Part shown: positions 1 to 11,965 of the stretch, in pieces
How positions within the stretch are numbered: position 1 is the first letter of the stretch
Layout: each line of letters begins with the position of its first letter
Assembly: GCA_950097015.1 (NCBI GenBank)
Contig: CATNEN010000002.1
Span: 248,001-312,000 of the forward strand
Source: Macrostomum hystrix
Taxonomy: Eukaryota; Animalia; Platyhelminthes
Direction of reading: 5' to 3'
DNA: 64,000 nucleotides
Made by a program: the position numbers and the translations under genes
The notes under the pieces: generated by a model
What the model saw: the letters and a program-made list of their open reading frames with translations, nothing else
What the model was told of the DNA's origin: nothing
Database searches by the model: none

Positions 1-457
1 ATACGAGTATCAGTGTCGACATCATTAGCGATATACGAGTATCAGTGTCGACATCATTAGCGATATACAAGTATCAGTGTCGACATCATTAGCGATATAC
101 GAGTATCAGTGTCGACATCATTAGCGATATACGAGTATCAGTGTCGACATCATTAGCGATATACGAGTATCAGTGTCGACATCATTAGCGATATACAAGT
201 ATCAGTGTCGACATCATTAGCGATATACGAGTATCAGTGTCGACATCATTAGCGATATACGAGTATCAGTGTCGACATCATTAGCGATATACAAGTATCA
301 GTGTCGACATCATTAGCGATATACGAGTATCAGTGTCGACATCATTAGCGATATACGAGTATCAGTGTCGACATCATTAGCCATATACGAGTATCAGTGT
401 CGACATCATTAGCGATATACGAGTATCAGTGTCGACATCATTAGCGATATACGAGTA
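1..457 (+). repeat. 32-bp tandem satellite (ATACGAGTATCAGTGTCGACATCATTAGCGAT), continues beyond window start
   Basis: About 14 near-perfect 32-bp units read directly; reverse complement of the array at 19273-20519. Confidence 0.97.
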
Positions 458-1209
458 TTTCTTTTTGTCAACAATATTGTTAATATGTCGCAGTGCTACG
501 GTTTCTCTGAAATTTCTTGAACCTTAAAGGCATACTTCGATCGGTCAAGGAAAGAAAAATAAAAGGAAAATAGAGTGACCTATGGCGTAGAAACTTAGGG
601 CCCTTTGACCAAAAAAACTGGGAACAACGAGAGAAAACTCGAGAAACAATCAGCGGAAAAGCTAGAGAACAATGCCCAAGAGATGAAAAGAGATCTGATC
701 TGATGTTTATCCAATGTACAATTTTGTCCATATTTTCAATTGGCATTATTCCTTGCAACAGAGGTAAATGACAAATACTCAAAGCCTGCGTATATTTATA
801 TCTGCATGTTTTTAACGTTTTTGTATTTATTTTATCAGAAATAGCATTGCTCACAACGCATGCACTAAGCGAATGCTTATAGATTTTGCAGTCCACGTGT
901 TGTTGATTAATGATGAGTGTGTTGAATATATTGTAAGAATATTCACAAATCATTGATTAAAAAGGGCTTGATCAGTGCACTGCATAGCATATCAACTGGG
1001 TAAATCAGTTGGATAACAGGGGATAGCAACTGCAAAGCAACTGCATAGCAACTGCATAGCAACTGCATAGCAACTGCATAGCAACCGCATAGCAACAACA
1101 AACTTACGGTGCGGGAACGCAGCCCAGGTGACAAACATTTTGCTGTGTTGCTGTCAATCCAACTAAAAGTTGGAAGTGCAGCAAGTGACTGGTCCACAAG
1201 TCATTAAAG

Positions 1210-2194
1210 TCAGTTAGGTCTTGGGAAGACAGGGATGCCCAGCATTCGGCAGGCAAATCTGTCTCCAGTCATGCTACACACCCTGGCCAGCCAGTACTGA
1301 TAGCGACTATCGTTGTAGAAGTCGCGGGAGAAGTAAGCGCGCTTCATCGCCATGGCCCCAAACGGATAGCGATGGTAGCCCCAAATGCCGGGCAAGTGGA
1401 AGTGGTGCTTGCCAACATCCGAGGACCGGTCGCGAACGTCGTAGTCGGCTCCGTAGTCGGCTCCGCCGCCGTTCCGAGCAAAGTTCCACATGCCCGGCCA
1501 GTAGCTGGCGCGTCGTTCAACATCGCCGGCAGTTGGTAGGGAATTCGACGGAGCCGCGAAAGCTGCCAGCAGCACCAGAGACAAGCAGGCTGTCAGGCAA
1601 GTGAATCTATTAAATGCGGAATCCAGGGTTGCGATGTGTCGGTAAAATCAAAAGATTCCATTGCAGGCACTACAAATAAATGAGGAGTGGGCAGTACATT
1701 TAAGTTTTTAAAAAATCTAGGGTGGCTGGGCAGGCAGAACATCAAAGGATCGATCGATGAAATGAGGGGCGGGCGGGCGGCACATCAAAGAATTAAAGAA
1801 ATGATGGGCGGGCGGGCGGCACATCAAACGATCGATCGATGAAATGATGGGCGGGCGGGCTGCACATCAAAGGATTGAAGAAATGAAGGGCGGGCGGGCG
1901 GCACATCAAAGGATTAAAGAAATGATGAGCGGGCGGGCGGCACATCAAAGGATTAAAGAAATGATGAGCGGGCGGGCGGCACATCAAAGGATTAAAGAAA
2001 TGATGAGCGGGCGGGCGGCACATTAAATGATGTAGGAGTTGAGGGCCATGACAGTATACTGAGGACTATTGTGAAGACAGCTATATATTAACAGGCCAAA
2101 AAGCAGGTAATGAACTTTCAAAATTCTATAATCTCCGGTGTTCGGGAAAAAATATGGAACATAATTTACAAACTCACTTTCCACACGAAGCCAT
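1210..2194 (-). CDS. Secreted neuropeptide-like precursor, copy A, 137 aa (exons 2194-2178 and 1606-1210)
   Basis: ATG GCT TCG TGT GGA AA|gtgagt ... tttaatag|A TTC joins in phase to give MASCGKFTCLTACLSLVLLAAFAAPSNSLP (hydrophobic signal-like N-terminus). Has RR, GK and KR processing-like sites and a C-terminal C-x8-C peptide. Upstream TATA and CCAAT elements are present. Confidence 0.8.
1741..2023. repeat. 39-bp GC-box minisatellite (GGGCGGGCGGCACATCAAAGG...) in the intron of peptide gene A
   Basis: Direct reading; mirrored at 17368-17690. Confidence 0.9.
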
Positions 2195-2282
2195 TCTCAA
2201 TTTTTGTCGACTGTGGGATATAAAAATAAGTCAGTTTTATCCAGTAAGAAAATTGAAAGACCTCACTCAATAAAGTGAGATC

Positions 2283-2352
2283 TTTTATAGAGTAGCCAGT
2301 GGGACAAAATCCCCAGTTCCAGGAGGAGGAAGGGTAAAGATGAGCAGCCAAT
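2283..2352 (-). promoter_or_regulatory. TATA box (TATAAAA, 2289-2283) and CCAAT box (2348-2352) of peptide gene A
   Basis: Motifs ~90 and ~155 nt upstream of the ATG, conserved in the mirror arm. Confidence 0.55.
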
Positions 2353-2629
2353 CAGAATTCAGATTCCCAACTGTTTCATTGAGGATGCTGTATGACGGTA
2401 TCTTCGAATGGTGGAAAGTCGGCCCCACGTTCTGCCAAGATCAACGCCAAATTTGGTTGGGCAGTTTTTAAATCAAATCGAGCGCCCCCACACGATAGTT
2501 CTGGAATGTTTCCTGTCAGGATTATACTAAAAATCCTGAAATCTTGATTAACTAATTGCACGATTTATTTTACTTTCAGAATGCTGAGCAATCAGCACTG
2601 CCGCCACGTCACTTCTCCTCATCACTAGG

Positions 2630-3480
2630 TCCCCTCTGTCCCCCCTGTACCCTGTACCCTGTCCCCTCTGTCCCCTCTGTCCCCTCTGTCCCTCTGTCCC
2701 CTCTGACCCCTCTGTCCCTCTGTCCCCTCTGTCCCCTGTACCCTGTCCCCTCTGTCCCTCTGTCCCTCTGTCCCCTCTGTCCCTCTGTCCCCTCTGTCCC
2801 CTCTGACCCCTCTGTCCCTCTGTCCCCTCTGTCCCCTGTACCCTGTCCCCCCTGTACCCTGTACCCTGTCCCCTCTGTCCCTCTGTCCCCTCTGTCCCTC
2901 TGTCCCCTCTGTCCCCTGTCCCCTGTCCCCCCTGTACCCTGTACCCTGTCCCCTCTGTCCCCTCTGTCCCTCTGTCCCCTCTGTCCATCTGTCCCCTCTG
3001 TCCCCTCTGTCCCTCTGTCCCCTCTGTCCCCTCTGTCCCTCTGTCCCTCTGTCCCTCTGTCATCTTTGACCCTCTGTACCCTCTGTCCCTCTGTCCCTCT
3101 GTCATCTTTGACCCTCTGTACCCTCTGTCCCTCTGTCCCCTCTGTCCCCTCTGTCCCTCTGTCCCTCTGTCCCTCTGTCATCTTTGACCCTCTGTCCCTC
3201 TGTCCCTCTGTCCCTCTGTCATCTTTGACCCTCTGTACCCTCTGTCCCTCTGTCCCCTCTGTCCCCTCTGTCCCTCTGTCCCTCTGTCCCTCTGTCATCT
3301 TTGACCCTCTGTACCCTCTGTCCCCTCTGTACCCTCTGTCCCTCTGTCCCCTCTGTCCCCTCTGTCCCTCTGTCCCCTCTGTCCCCTCTGTCCCTCTGTC
3401 CCCTCTGTCCCTCTGAACCCTGTCCCCTCTGTCCCTCTGTCCCTCTGTCCCCTCTGTCCCTCTGTCCCCTCTGTCCCTCT
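2630..3480. repeat. CT-rich 8/9-bp repeat (TCCC(C)TCTG)n
   Basis: Direct reading; mirrored at 15840-16760. Confidence 0.95.
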
Positions 3481-3919
3481 GTCTCCTCTATGCTCTCTGT
3501 CCCTCCATCCTTAGTCGTATCTTAAGCACCTATTTTTTTCCACTAGCTAGCAATACTTATTCCTAGGATTTTAGTCTGTTCTGCCTTGACGAATCATATA
3601 AAGAAATGGCTTTTTTGTCTCTTACAATGTGATAACGCAGTTCTTGTAGCTCATTAAGTCCCACCGGACACTTCAGTTAGTCAGATTTGCCCATTGCGCA
3701 CCTTAATTATAACTTATGAAAATCCTGCATTTAGGATTGACATCAAAATAAGACGAAGCAAGTTGAAAAATTGTGAGTGGCTGAATTAGTGAGATGCTCA
3801 TGGTGATGATTAAAATCGTGTTTCTCTAACAAACCCTGGAACTGAAGCTGTCAATAAAAATTTGATTGGCAGCTGACGAAGCTCGCTGCAAAATACTTTA
3901 CACTGAAATGTTTACGTGA

Positions 3920-4520
3920 GTTCTCCCCTCTGCCTCTCCCTGTTTCTCCCCTCTGCCTCTCCCTGTTTCTCCCCTCTGCCTCTCCCTGTTTCTCCCCTCT
4001 GCCTCTCCCTGTTTCTCCCCTCTGCCTCTCTCTGTTTCTCCCCTCTGCCTCTCCCTGTTTCTCCCCACTCCCTCTCCCTGTTTCTCCCCTCTGCCTCTTC
4101 TCCCTTTTTCTCCCCTCTGCCTCTCCCTGTTTCTCCCCTCTGCCTCTCCCTGTTTCTCCCCTCTGCCTCTCCCTGTTTCTCCCCTCTGCCTCTCCCTGTT
4201 TCTCCCCTCTGCCTCTCTCTGTTTCTCCCCTCTGCCTCTCCCTGTTTCTCCCCACTCCCTCTCCCTGTTTCTCCCCTCTGCCTCTTCTCCCTTTTTCTCC
4301 CCTCTGCCTCTCCCTGTTTCTCCCCTCTGCCTCTCCCTGTTTCTCCCCTCTGCCTCTCCCTGTTTCTCCCCTCTGCCTCTCCCTGTTTCTCCCCACTCCC
4401 TCTCCCTGTTTCTCACCTCTGCCTCTCCCTGTTTCTCCCCTCTCCCTCTCCCTGTTTCTCCCCTCTGCCTCTCCCCTCTGCCTCTCCCTGTTTCTCCCCT
4501 CTGCCTCTCCCTGTTTCTCA
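3920..4520. repeat. 23-bp polypyrimidine minisatellite (CTCCCCTCTGCCTCTCCCTGTTT)n
   Basis: Direct reading; shorter degenerate mirror at 15265-15440. Confidence 0.95.
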
Positions 4521-4542
4521 GCCAAGGGTTACCCTCACCCAA

Positions 4543-5219
4543 GGGTGAGATGGGTGAGGGTGAGATGGGTTGAGGGTGAGATGGGTGAGGGTGAGATGGG
4601 TCAGGGTGAGATGGGTTGAGGGTGAGATGGGTTGAGGGTGAGATGGGTGAGGGTGAGATGAGTAAGGGTGAGATGGGTGAGGGTGAGATGGGTTGAGGGT
4701 GAGATGGGTGAGGGTGAGATGGGTGAGGGTGAGATGGGTGAGGGTGAGATGGGTGAGGGTGAGATGGGTTGAGGGTGAGATGGTTGAGGGTGAGATGGGT
4801 GAGGGTGAGATGGGTGAGGGTGAGATGGGTGAGGGTGAGATGGGTGAGGGTGAGATGGGTTGAGGGTGAGATGGGTCAGGGTGAGATGGGTGAGGGTGAG
4901 ATGGGTTGAGGGTGAGATGGGTGAGGGTGAGATGGGTGAGGGTGAGATGAGTAAGGGTGAGATGGGTGAGGGTGAGATGGGTGAGGGTGAGATGAGTAAG
5001 GGTGAGATGGGTGAGGGTGAGATGGGTTGAGGGTGAGATGGGTGAGGGTGAGATGGGTGAGGGTGAGATGGGTTGAGGGTGAGATGGGTGAGGGTGAGAT
5101 GGGTGAGGGTGAGATGGGTGAGGGTGAGATGGGTGAGGGTGAGATGGGTGAGGTTAAGATGGGTGAGTGTGAGATGGGTGAGGTCGAGATGGGTGAATAT
5201 GAGATGGGAGAGGGTGAGA
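4543..5219. repeat. 15/16-bp G-rich minisatellite (GGGTGAGATGGGT(T)GA)n
   Basis: Direct reading; reverse-complement relatives at 14155-14708 and 27535-27727. Confidence 0.95.
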
Positions 5220-5270
5220 CTCACAATCACAAGATATGGTGGGTACTTACATAGATCTTAGATTAAAAAG

Positions 5271-6196
5271 CTTAAACCTGTTGGACAGAGCCTAAACCTG
5301 TTAGACAGAGCCTAAACCTGTTAGACAGAGTCTAAACCTGTTAGACAGAGCCTAAACCTGTTAGACAGAGCCTAAACCTGTTAGACAGAGCCTAAACCTG
5401 TTAGACAGAGCCTAAACCTGTTAGACAGAGCCTAAACCTGTAGACAGAGCCTAAACCTGTTAGACAGAGCCTAAACCTGTTAGACAGAGCCTAAACCTGT
5501 TAGACAGAGCCTAAACCTGTTAGACAGAGCCTAAACCTGTTAGACAGAGTCTAAACCTGTTAGACAGAGCCTAAACCTGTTAGACAGAGCCTAAACCTGT
5601 TAGACAGAGCCTAAACCTGTTAGACAGAGCCTAAACCTGTTAGACAGAGCCTAAACCTGTTAGACAGAGCCTAAACCTGTTAGACAGAGCCTAAACCTGT
5701 TAGACAGAGCCTAAACCTGTTAGACAGAGCCTAAACCTGTAGACAGAGCCTAAACCTGTTAGATAGAGTCTAAACCTGTTAGACAGAGCCTAAACCTGTT
5801 AGACAGAGCCTAAACCTGTTAGACAGAGCCTAAACCTGTTAGATAGAGTCTAAACCTGTTAGACAGGGCCTAAACCTGTTAGATAGAGTCTAAACCTGTT
5901 AGACAGAGCCTAAACCTGTTAGACAGAGCCTAAACCTGTTAGACAGAGCCTAAACCTGTTAGACAGAGCCTAAACCTGTTAGACAGAGCCTAAACCTGTT
6001 AGACAGAGCCTAAACCTGTTAGATAGAGTCTAAACCTGTTAGATAGAGTCTAAACCTGTTAGATAGAGTCTAAACCTGTTAGACAGAGCCTAAACCTGTT
6101 AGACAGAGCCTAAACCTGTTAGACAGAGCCTAAACCTGTTAGACAGAGCCTAAACCTGTTAGACAGAGCCTAAACCTGTTAGACAGAGCCTAAACC
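5271..6196. repeat. 20-bp minisatellite (CCTAAACCTGTTAGACAGAG)n
   Basis: About 46 units read directly. Confidence 0.97.
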
Positions 6197-6439
6197 CTCA
6201 CCCATACCATTTCGTCGAGTATTCATGCTTGATCTCGAAAATTTAATCTTCCTCTTAATGCTTCATGATTTCCAGTCTATAATTAATGCCACGCCACGCT
6301 TGAGGTCTCATGGAACGCAGGACAGCCACCTTGTCGTACAGATACTACGATACTCGTAGAAACTACGAGTAGAAACTCGTAGAAACAAAAATGCATTCGA
6401 CTACTCTTTTTCTAGTAGCAAAATTAGCATTTTGGAAAT

Positions 6440-8060
6440 TTTTACGCACAGCATAAAAAATGTAAATCTTTAAGTATCAATATGACTTGGTATGATGTTT
6501 GCTAGATTTACCTTTTTTCGAACAGGACCGCCCAAATTATTTTCTTTAAATGCAGAGACTTCTACTTGAAGGCTGCAACTCGCAGGTTCCGCATCTTTTC
6601 GCGACACCATGCAGTGGGGCAACCGTAAGCGAACAAAGTCCGTGAAGATACTGCGATGTGCTTTATCGGAGTGGGAACTGCATGTTGGAAAGCGGATTTC
6701 TTCAGAAAAAAGCTTCTCGACGACCAGCGCAGCCACATTCGAATGTAAAACGTAGGTCTAAACTTGCGCCACGAAAAAAGCTTCCTAAAATTATGATTAG
6801 ATTATTATTATTTATAAAGGCTCGGTTGATAACTTTATAGACTGCATCAGAGCCAGCACTGATAAACACCATGGGAGGCCACCCAGTGGGTCGCAAAAAA
6901 TCGCTAGTCTTGCTTGCTTGTATGTTTGCAATCGACTATCTCCCGAACGGCTCAACCGATTTTCACAATTCCTTTGCCAAAATATTACAAATGGGCCCGA
7001 ATCGGTACACGTATTTTTATTAAGCTTAATTCCATTGCCATGGGTATTAAATATGCGAAAAAAAAGTTTTAAATATACTTTTCTCTAATGCATTCTTGTT
7101 TTCAGCTCGTGCACAGTGAGGCTCCGGTGTCAATTTTAATGATGGCATCAGAGCCAGTTTTGATAACGCACTGATAAGAACTCAAGGGAGGCTACCCAGA
7201 GGGTAGCGAAAGCCGGCTAGTCAAATATAATAAAAATGTAAATCTTGTTTTCTGCACATGACTAACTCCCGACCGGCTCAACCGTTTTTTTTAATTCCTT
7301 CACCATGAGATGGCGAATCTGCCTGAATCGGTACACGATCATTAAGATTAACATTATTTCTAAACAGTGGCGCAACCAGGTTTTGCCTTAGGGGGGGCGG
7401 TCTTTGTGTACATTGCCCTTTGCGTACATTGCCCTTTGCGTACATTGTCCTTTGCGTACATTGCCCTTTGCGTACATTGTCCTTTGCGTACATTGCCCTT
7501 GGCGTACATTGTCCTTTGCATACATTGCCCTTTGCGTACATTGTCCTTTGCGTACATTGTCCTTTGCGTACATTGCCCCGCGGGTCGAAGGGGGGCGGCC
7601 GCCAGGTGGAGCGCGCTCTGTTTCGCCGTTTTCGCCCATCATTCCTGGGCCAATTTGAAGGGCCGGTAGGGTAGGGCCCACGATTATAATGAAAGCTTGA
7701 AAATTAATATATGACCAATGGTCTTGGACTTGGTCTTTGGTCTATGTACGTTGGACTTGGGGGACAGGGAATGAGATAAGGTAATAAATTAAGAAGCGTC
7801 TTGACTTGCCCTTTGCGTACATTGCCCCCGCGGGCCGAAGGGGGGCGGCCGCCACCCCCGCCCCCCTGTTTGCGCCACTGTTTCTAAAGTATTTAAATAT
7901 TCGACAAACTGTTTTAGATAGGCTTTTCAAATGCATTATTTTTTTAGCTTGCGCAGTGAGGGCTCCTGTGCCAATTTTACTGATTGCATCAGAGCCAGGT
8001 TTGTTTGAGCGCCAAATGTGCAACCCCACTGGCGGGCTGGCTTCTGTTATCAGTGGGCAC
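6440..8060 (+). mobile_element. Head-to-tail non-autonomous Helitron-like units (3' ends at 6907 and 7220; third unit interrupted by a MITE)
   Basis: Hairpins GCCACCC-AGT-GGGTCGC (6878-6894) and GCTACCC-AGA-GGGTAGC (7191-7207) each lie ~10 nt before CTAG|T, and each following unit starts with TC. Units share TAAAAATGTAAATCTT, CTCCCGAxCGGCTCAACCG, GAATCGGTACACG and GCATCAGAGCCAG. Outer limits are approximate. Confidence 0.62.
7365..7880. mobile_element. hAT-type MITE, 516 bp
   Basis: 11-bp TIR CAGTGGCGCAA / TTGCGCCACTG with a perfect 8-bp TSD TTTCTAAA (7357-7364, 7881-7888); internal 16-bp tandem repeat GCCCTTTGCGTACATT. Confidence 0.88.
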
Positions 8061-8380
8061 TGAGAGAGTTATTGATTTCATTTATGGAATTTAATTCAAC
8101 CAATATAGCAGATTCACGGCACACTAATAAAAAGGCTAAAAGCTAAGAATTCAATTCAGGCAGTCAGTCAAGTGATCGGCATTACTTGGCAGCGATATTA
8201 AGTAAGTAAACTATTTTTTCCAGCAGAGCAAACCACTGAAATAAATAATGCATTCCAGGCACAGCAAAGACAAACTTTGTTGCAGATTTCAGGTCCCAAC
8301 ACTGACACATATCAAGACAGCATTAATTCATATTTAGTCTCAGAGTCGATAGATATCTGAGCTCATTTTTTTCAACATAT

Positions 8381-10815
8381 CTAGGCTAAGAGTTGATAGA
8401 TATCTACTAGGCTACGAGTTGATTGATTTCTAGGCTAAGAGTTGATAGATATCTACTAGGCTACGAGTTGATTGATTTCTAGGCTAAGAATTGATAGATA
8501 TCTACTAGGCTACGAGTTGATTGATTTCTAGGCTAAGAGTTGATAGATATCTACTAGGCTACGAATTGATTGATTTCTAGGCTAAGAGTTGATAGATATC
8601 TACTAGGCTACGAGTTGATTGATTTCTAGGCTAAGAGTTGATAGATATCTACTAGGCTACGAATTGATTGATTTCTAGGCTAAGAGTTGATAGATATCTA
8701 CTAGACTACGAATTGATTGATTTCTAGGCTAAGAGTTGATAGATATCTACTAGGCTACGAATTGATTGATTTCTAGGCTAAGAGTTGATAGATATCTACT
8801 AGACTACGAATTGATTGATTTCTAGGCTAAGAGTTGATAGATATCTACTAGGCTACGAGTTGATTGATTTCTAGGCTAAGAGTTGATAGATATCTACTAG
8901 GCTACGAATTGGTTGATTTCTAGGCTAAGAGTTGATAGATATCTACTAGGCTACGAGTTGATTGATTTCTAGGCTAAGAGTTGATAGATATCTACTAGGC
9001 TACGAGTTGATTGATTTCTAGGCTAAGAGTTGATAGATATCTACTAGACTACGAGTTGATTGATTTCTAGGCTAAGAGTTGATAGATATCTACTAGGCTA
9101 CGAGTTGATTGATTTCTAGGCTAAGAGTTGATAGATATCTACTAGGCTACGAATTGATTGATTTCTAGGCTAAGAGTTGATAGATATCTACTAGGCTACG
9201 AGTTGATTGATTTCTAGGCTAAGAGTTGATAGATATCTACTAGGCTACGAATTGATTGATTTCTAGGCTAAGAGTTGATAGATATCTACTAGACTACGAA
9301 TTGATTGATTTCTAGGCTAAGAGTTGATAGATATCTACTAGACTACGAGTTGATTGATTTCTAGGCTAAGAGTTGATAGATATCTACTAGACTACGAGTT
9401 GATTGATTTCTAGGCTAAGAGTTGATAGATATCTACTAGGCTACGAGTTGATTGATTTCTAGGCTAAGAGTTGATAGATATCTACTAGGCTACGAGTTGA
9501 TTGATTTCTAGGCTAAGAGTTGATAGATATCTACTAGGCTACGAATTGATTGATTTCTAGGCTAAGAGTTGATAGATATCTACTAGGCTACGAGTTGATT
9601 GATTTCTAGGCTAAGAGTTGATAGATATCTACTAGGCTACGAATTGATTGATTTCTAGGCTAAGAGTTGATAGATATCTACTAGACTACGAATTGATTGA
9701 TTTCTAGGCTAAGAGTTGATAGATATCTACTAGACTACGAGTTGATTGATTTCTAGGCTAAGAGTTGATAGATATCTACTAGGCTACGAGTTGATTGATT
9801 TCTAGGCTAAGAGTTGATAGATATCTACTAGGCTACGAATTGATTGATTTCTAGGCTAAGAGTTGATAGATATCTACTAGGCTACGAATTGATTGATTTC
9901 TAGGCTAAGAGTTGATAGATATCTACTAGGCTACGAGTTGATTGATTTCTAGGCTAAGAGTTGATAGATATCTACTAGGCTACGAATTGATTGATTTCTA
10001 GGCTAAGAGTTGATAGATATCTACTAGGCTACGAATTGATTGATTTCTAGGCTAAGAGTTGATAGATATCTACTAGACTACGAATTGATTGATTTCTAGG
10101 CTAAGAGTTGATAGATATCTACTAGGCTACGAGTTGATTGATTTCTAGGCTAAGAGTTGATAGATATCTACTAGGCTAAGAGTTGATTGATTTCTAGGCT
10201 AAGAGTTGATAGATATCTACTAGGCTACGAATTGATTGATTTCTAGGCTAAGAGTTGATAGATATCTACTAGACTACGAATTGATTGATTTCTAGGCTAA
10301 GAGTTGATAGATATCTACTAGGCTACGAGTTGATTGATTTCTAGGCTAAGAGTTGATAGATATCTACTAGGCTAAGAGTTGATAGATATCTACTAGACTA
10401 CGAATTGATTGATTTCTAGGCTAAGAGTTGATAGATATCTACTAGGCTACGAGTTGATTGATTTCTAGGCTAAGAGTTGATAGATATCTACTAGGCTAAG
10501 AGTTGATAGATATCTACTAGGCTACGAGTTGATTGATTTCTAGGCTAGGAGTTGATAGATATCTACTAGGCTACGAATTGATTGATTTCTAGGCTAATCA
10601 TTGATAGATATCTACTAGGCTACGAATTGATTGATTTCTAGGCTAAGAGTTGATAGATATCTACTAGGCTACGAATTGATTGATTTCTAGGCTAAGAGTT
10701 GATAGATATCTACTAGGCTACGAATTGATTGATTTCTAGGCTAAGAGTTGATAGATATCTACTAGGCTACGAATTGATTGATTTCTAGGCTAAGAGTTGA
10801 TAGATACCTAGGCTA
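8381..10815. repeat. 49-bp dimeric satellite (26-bp CTAGGCTAAGAGTTGATAGATATCTA + 23-bp CTAGGCTACGAGTTGATTGATTT)
   Basis: Period 49 measured (8381, 8430); about 50 units. Confidence 0.97.
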
Positions 10816-11249
10816 AACATTTATTACATATCAAGGCTAAGAATTAATAGATATAGTGTCAGCTTGTTTGTCCTTCTATCTCCCCGTGTTATTATTCAGT
10901 GCTCATTGTGTATTTTTAGACGCGTGTTTTTTAGGGGGCTTGTGTAACGCCAGGATGAGAAATGACGCTGAGATATATGCGTAAACACCAAGATCCATGA
11001 TTGTGCAAAAACTGAATAAAAAATGGTGTATATTTAAGCACTGCAAAAACGAAGACAGAATTTAAGTTCTAACCGCAAAAAGAAGAGGAAAATCTAAAAA
11101 ACTGCTGCCAATAGTCTTGGCACATATCGTTTGAATTATACAATACTAACAACAATTTTTTTATCTTAAAATCAAAATATTAACACACTGAAAGTGTGAG
11201 TAAATATGTGAAAAAGTTGTATATACATGTAAGGCTGCGAATGGGGCCA

Positions 11250-11650
11250 TGAATGTAAACGTGAGTGAGGCTGTGAATGTGGGTGAGGCTGTGAATGTGA
11301 GTGAGGCTGTGAATGTGAGTGAGGCTGTCAATGTGGGTGAGGCTGTGAATGTGGGTGAGGCTGTGAATGTGAGTGAGGCTGTGAATGTGAGTGAGGCTGT
11401 GAATGTGGGTGAGGCTGTGAATGTGGGTGAGGCTGTGAATGTGAGTGAGGCTGTGAATGTGAGTGAGGCTGTCAATGTGGGTGAGGCTGTGAATGTGGGT
11501 GAGGCTGTGAATGTGGGTGAGGCTGTGAATGTGAGTGAGGCTGTAAATGTGAGTGAGGCTGTGAATGTGAGTGAGGCTGTCAATGTGGGTGAGGCTGTGA
11601 ATGTGAGTGAGGCTGTGAATGTGAGTGAGGCTGTGAATGTGGGTGAGGCA
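11250..11650. repeat. 18-bp minisatellite (GTGAGTGAGGCTGTGAAT)n
   Basis: Direct reading. Confidence 0.95.
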
Positions 11651-11965
11651 CATTGTACCTAATCTATGTTTCAATCTCGTTGATGCACATGTTTCATTTT
11701 GAATTAAAGTAATTTGGTGTCAAAATGAGTCACTACTGAAATGAGACAGTCCACCCTTTGAGTCTAAAAGCATAATGGGTTTGACACGTTCCATGAATGT
11801 GAAATTATTTTGACCACCCCATTCCGAACCAATAAAAATTAGAGTGAACATTACTTGTTGATGTCAAACTGCCACTTCATATAAAATGGGACTTCAGCTG
11901 GCCTTTTAAAAAGCCAGATTTCTAATTCTCAAATAATTTCAATTCTTCTAAATATAATAATTCAA

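Noticed and set aside
1-457. 32-bp repeats resembling CRISPR repeat length
   Set aside because: Units are contiguous with no spacers, there are no cas genes, and the context is eukaryotic.
2166-2561. Small ORFs 2166-2351 and 2376-2561 conserved in both arms
   Set aside because: Conservation reflects arm identity. They overlap the promoter and exon 1 region of the peptide gene, start at non-ATG codons and have no recognisable motifs.
2548-5261. Many long low-complexity ORFs in repeat tracts (also at 11161-11674, 14086-14740, 16146-16844, 22355-23583, 29412-30593, 33622-34494, 44693-45685)
   Set aside because: They arise from stop-free tandem repeats, occur on both strands and in several frames, and have no domain content.
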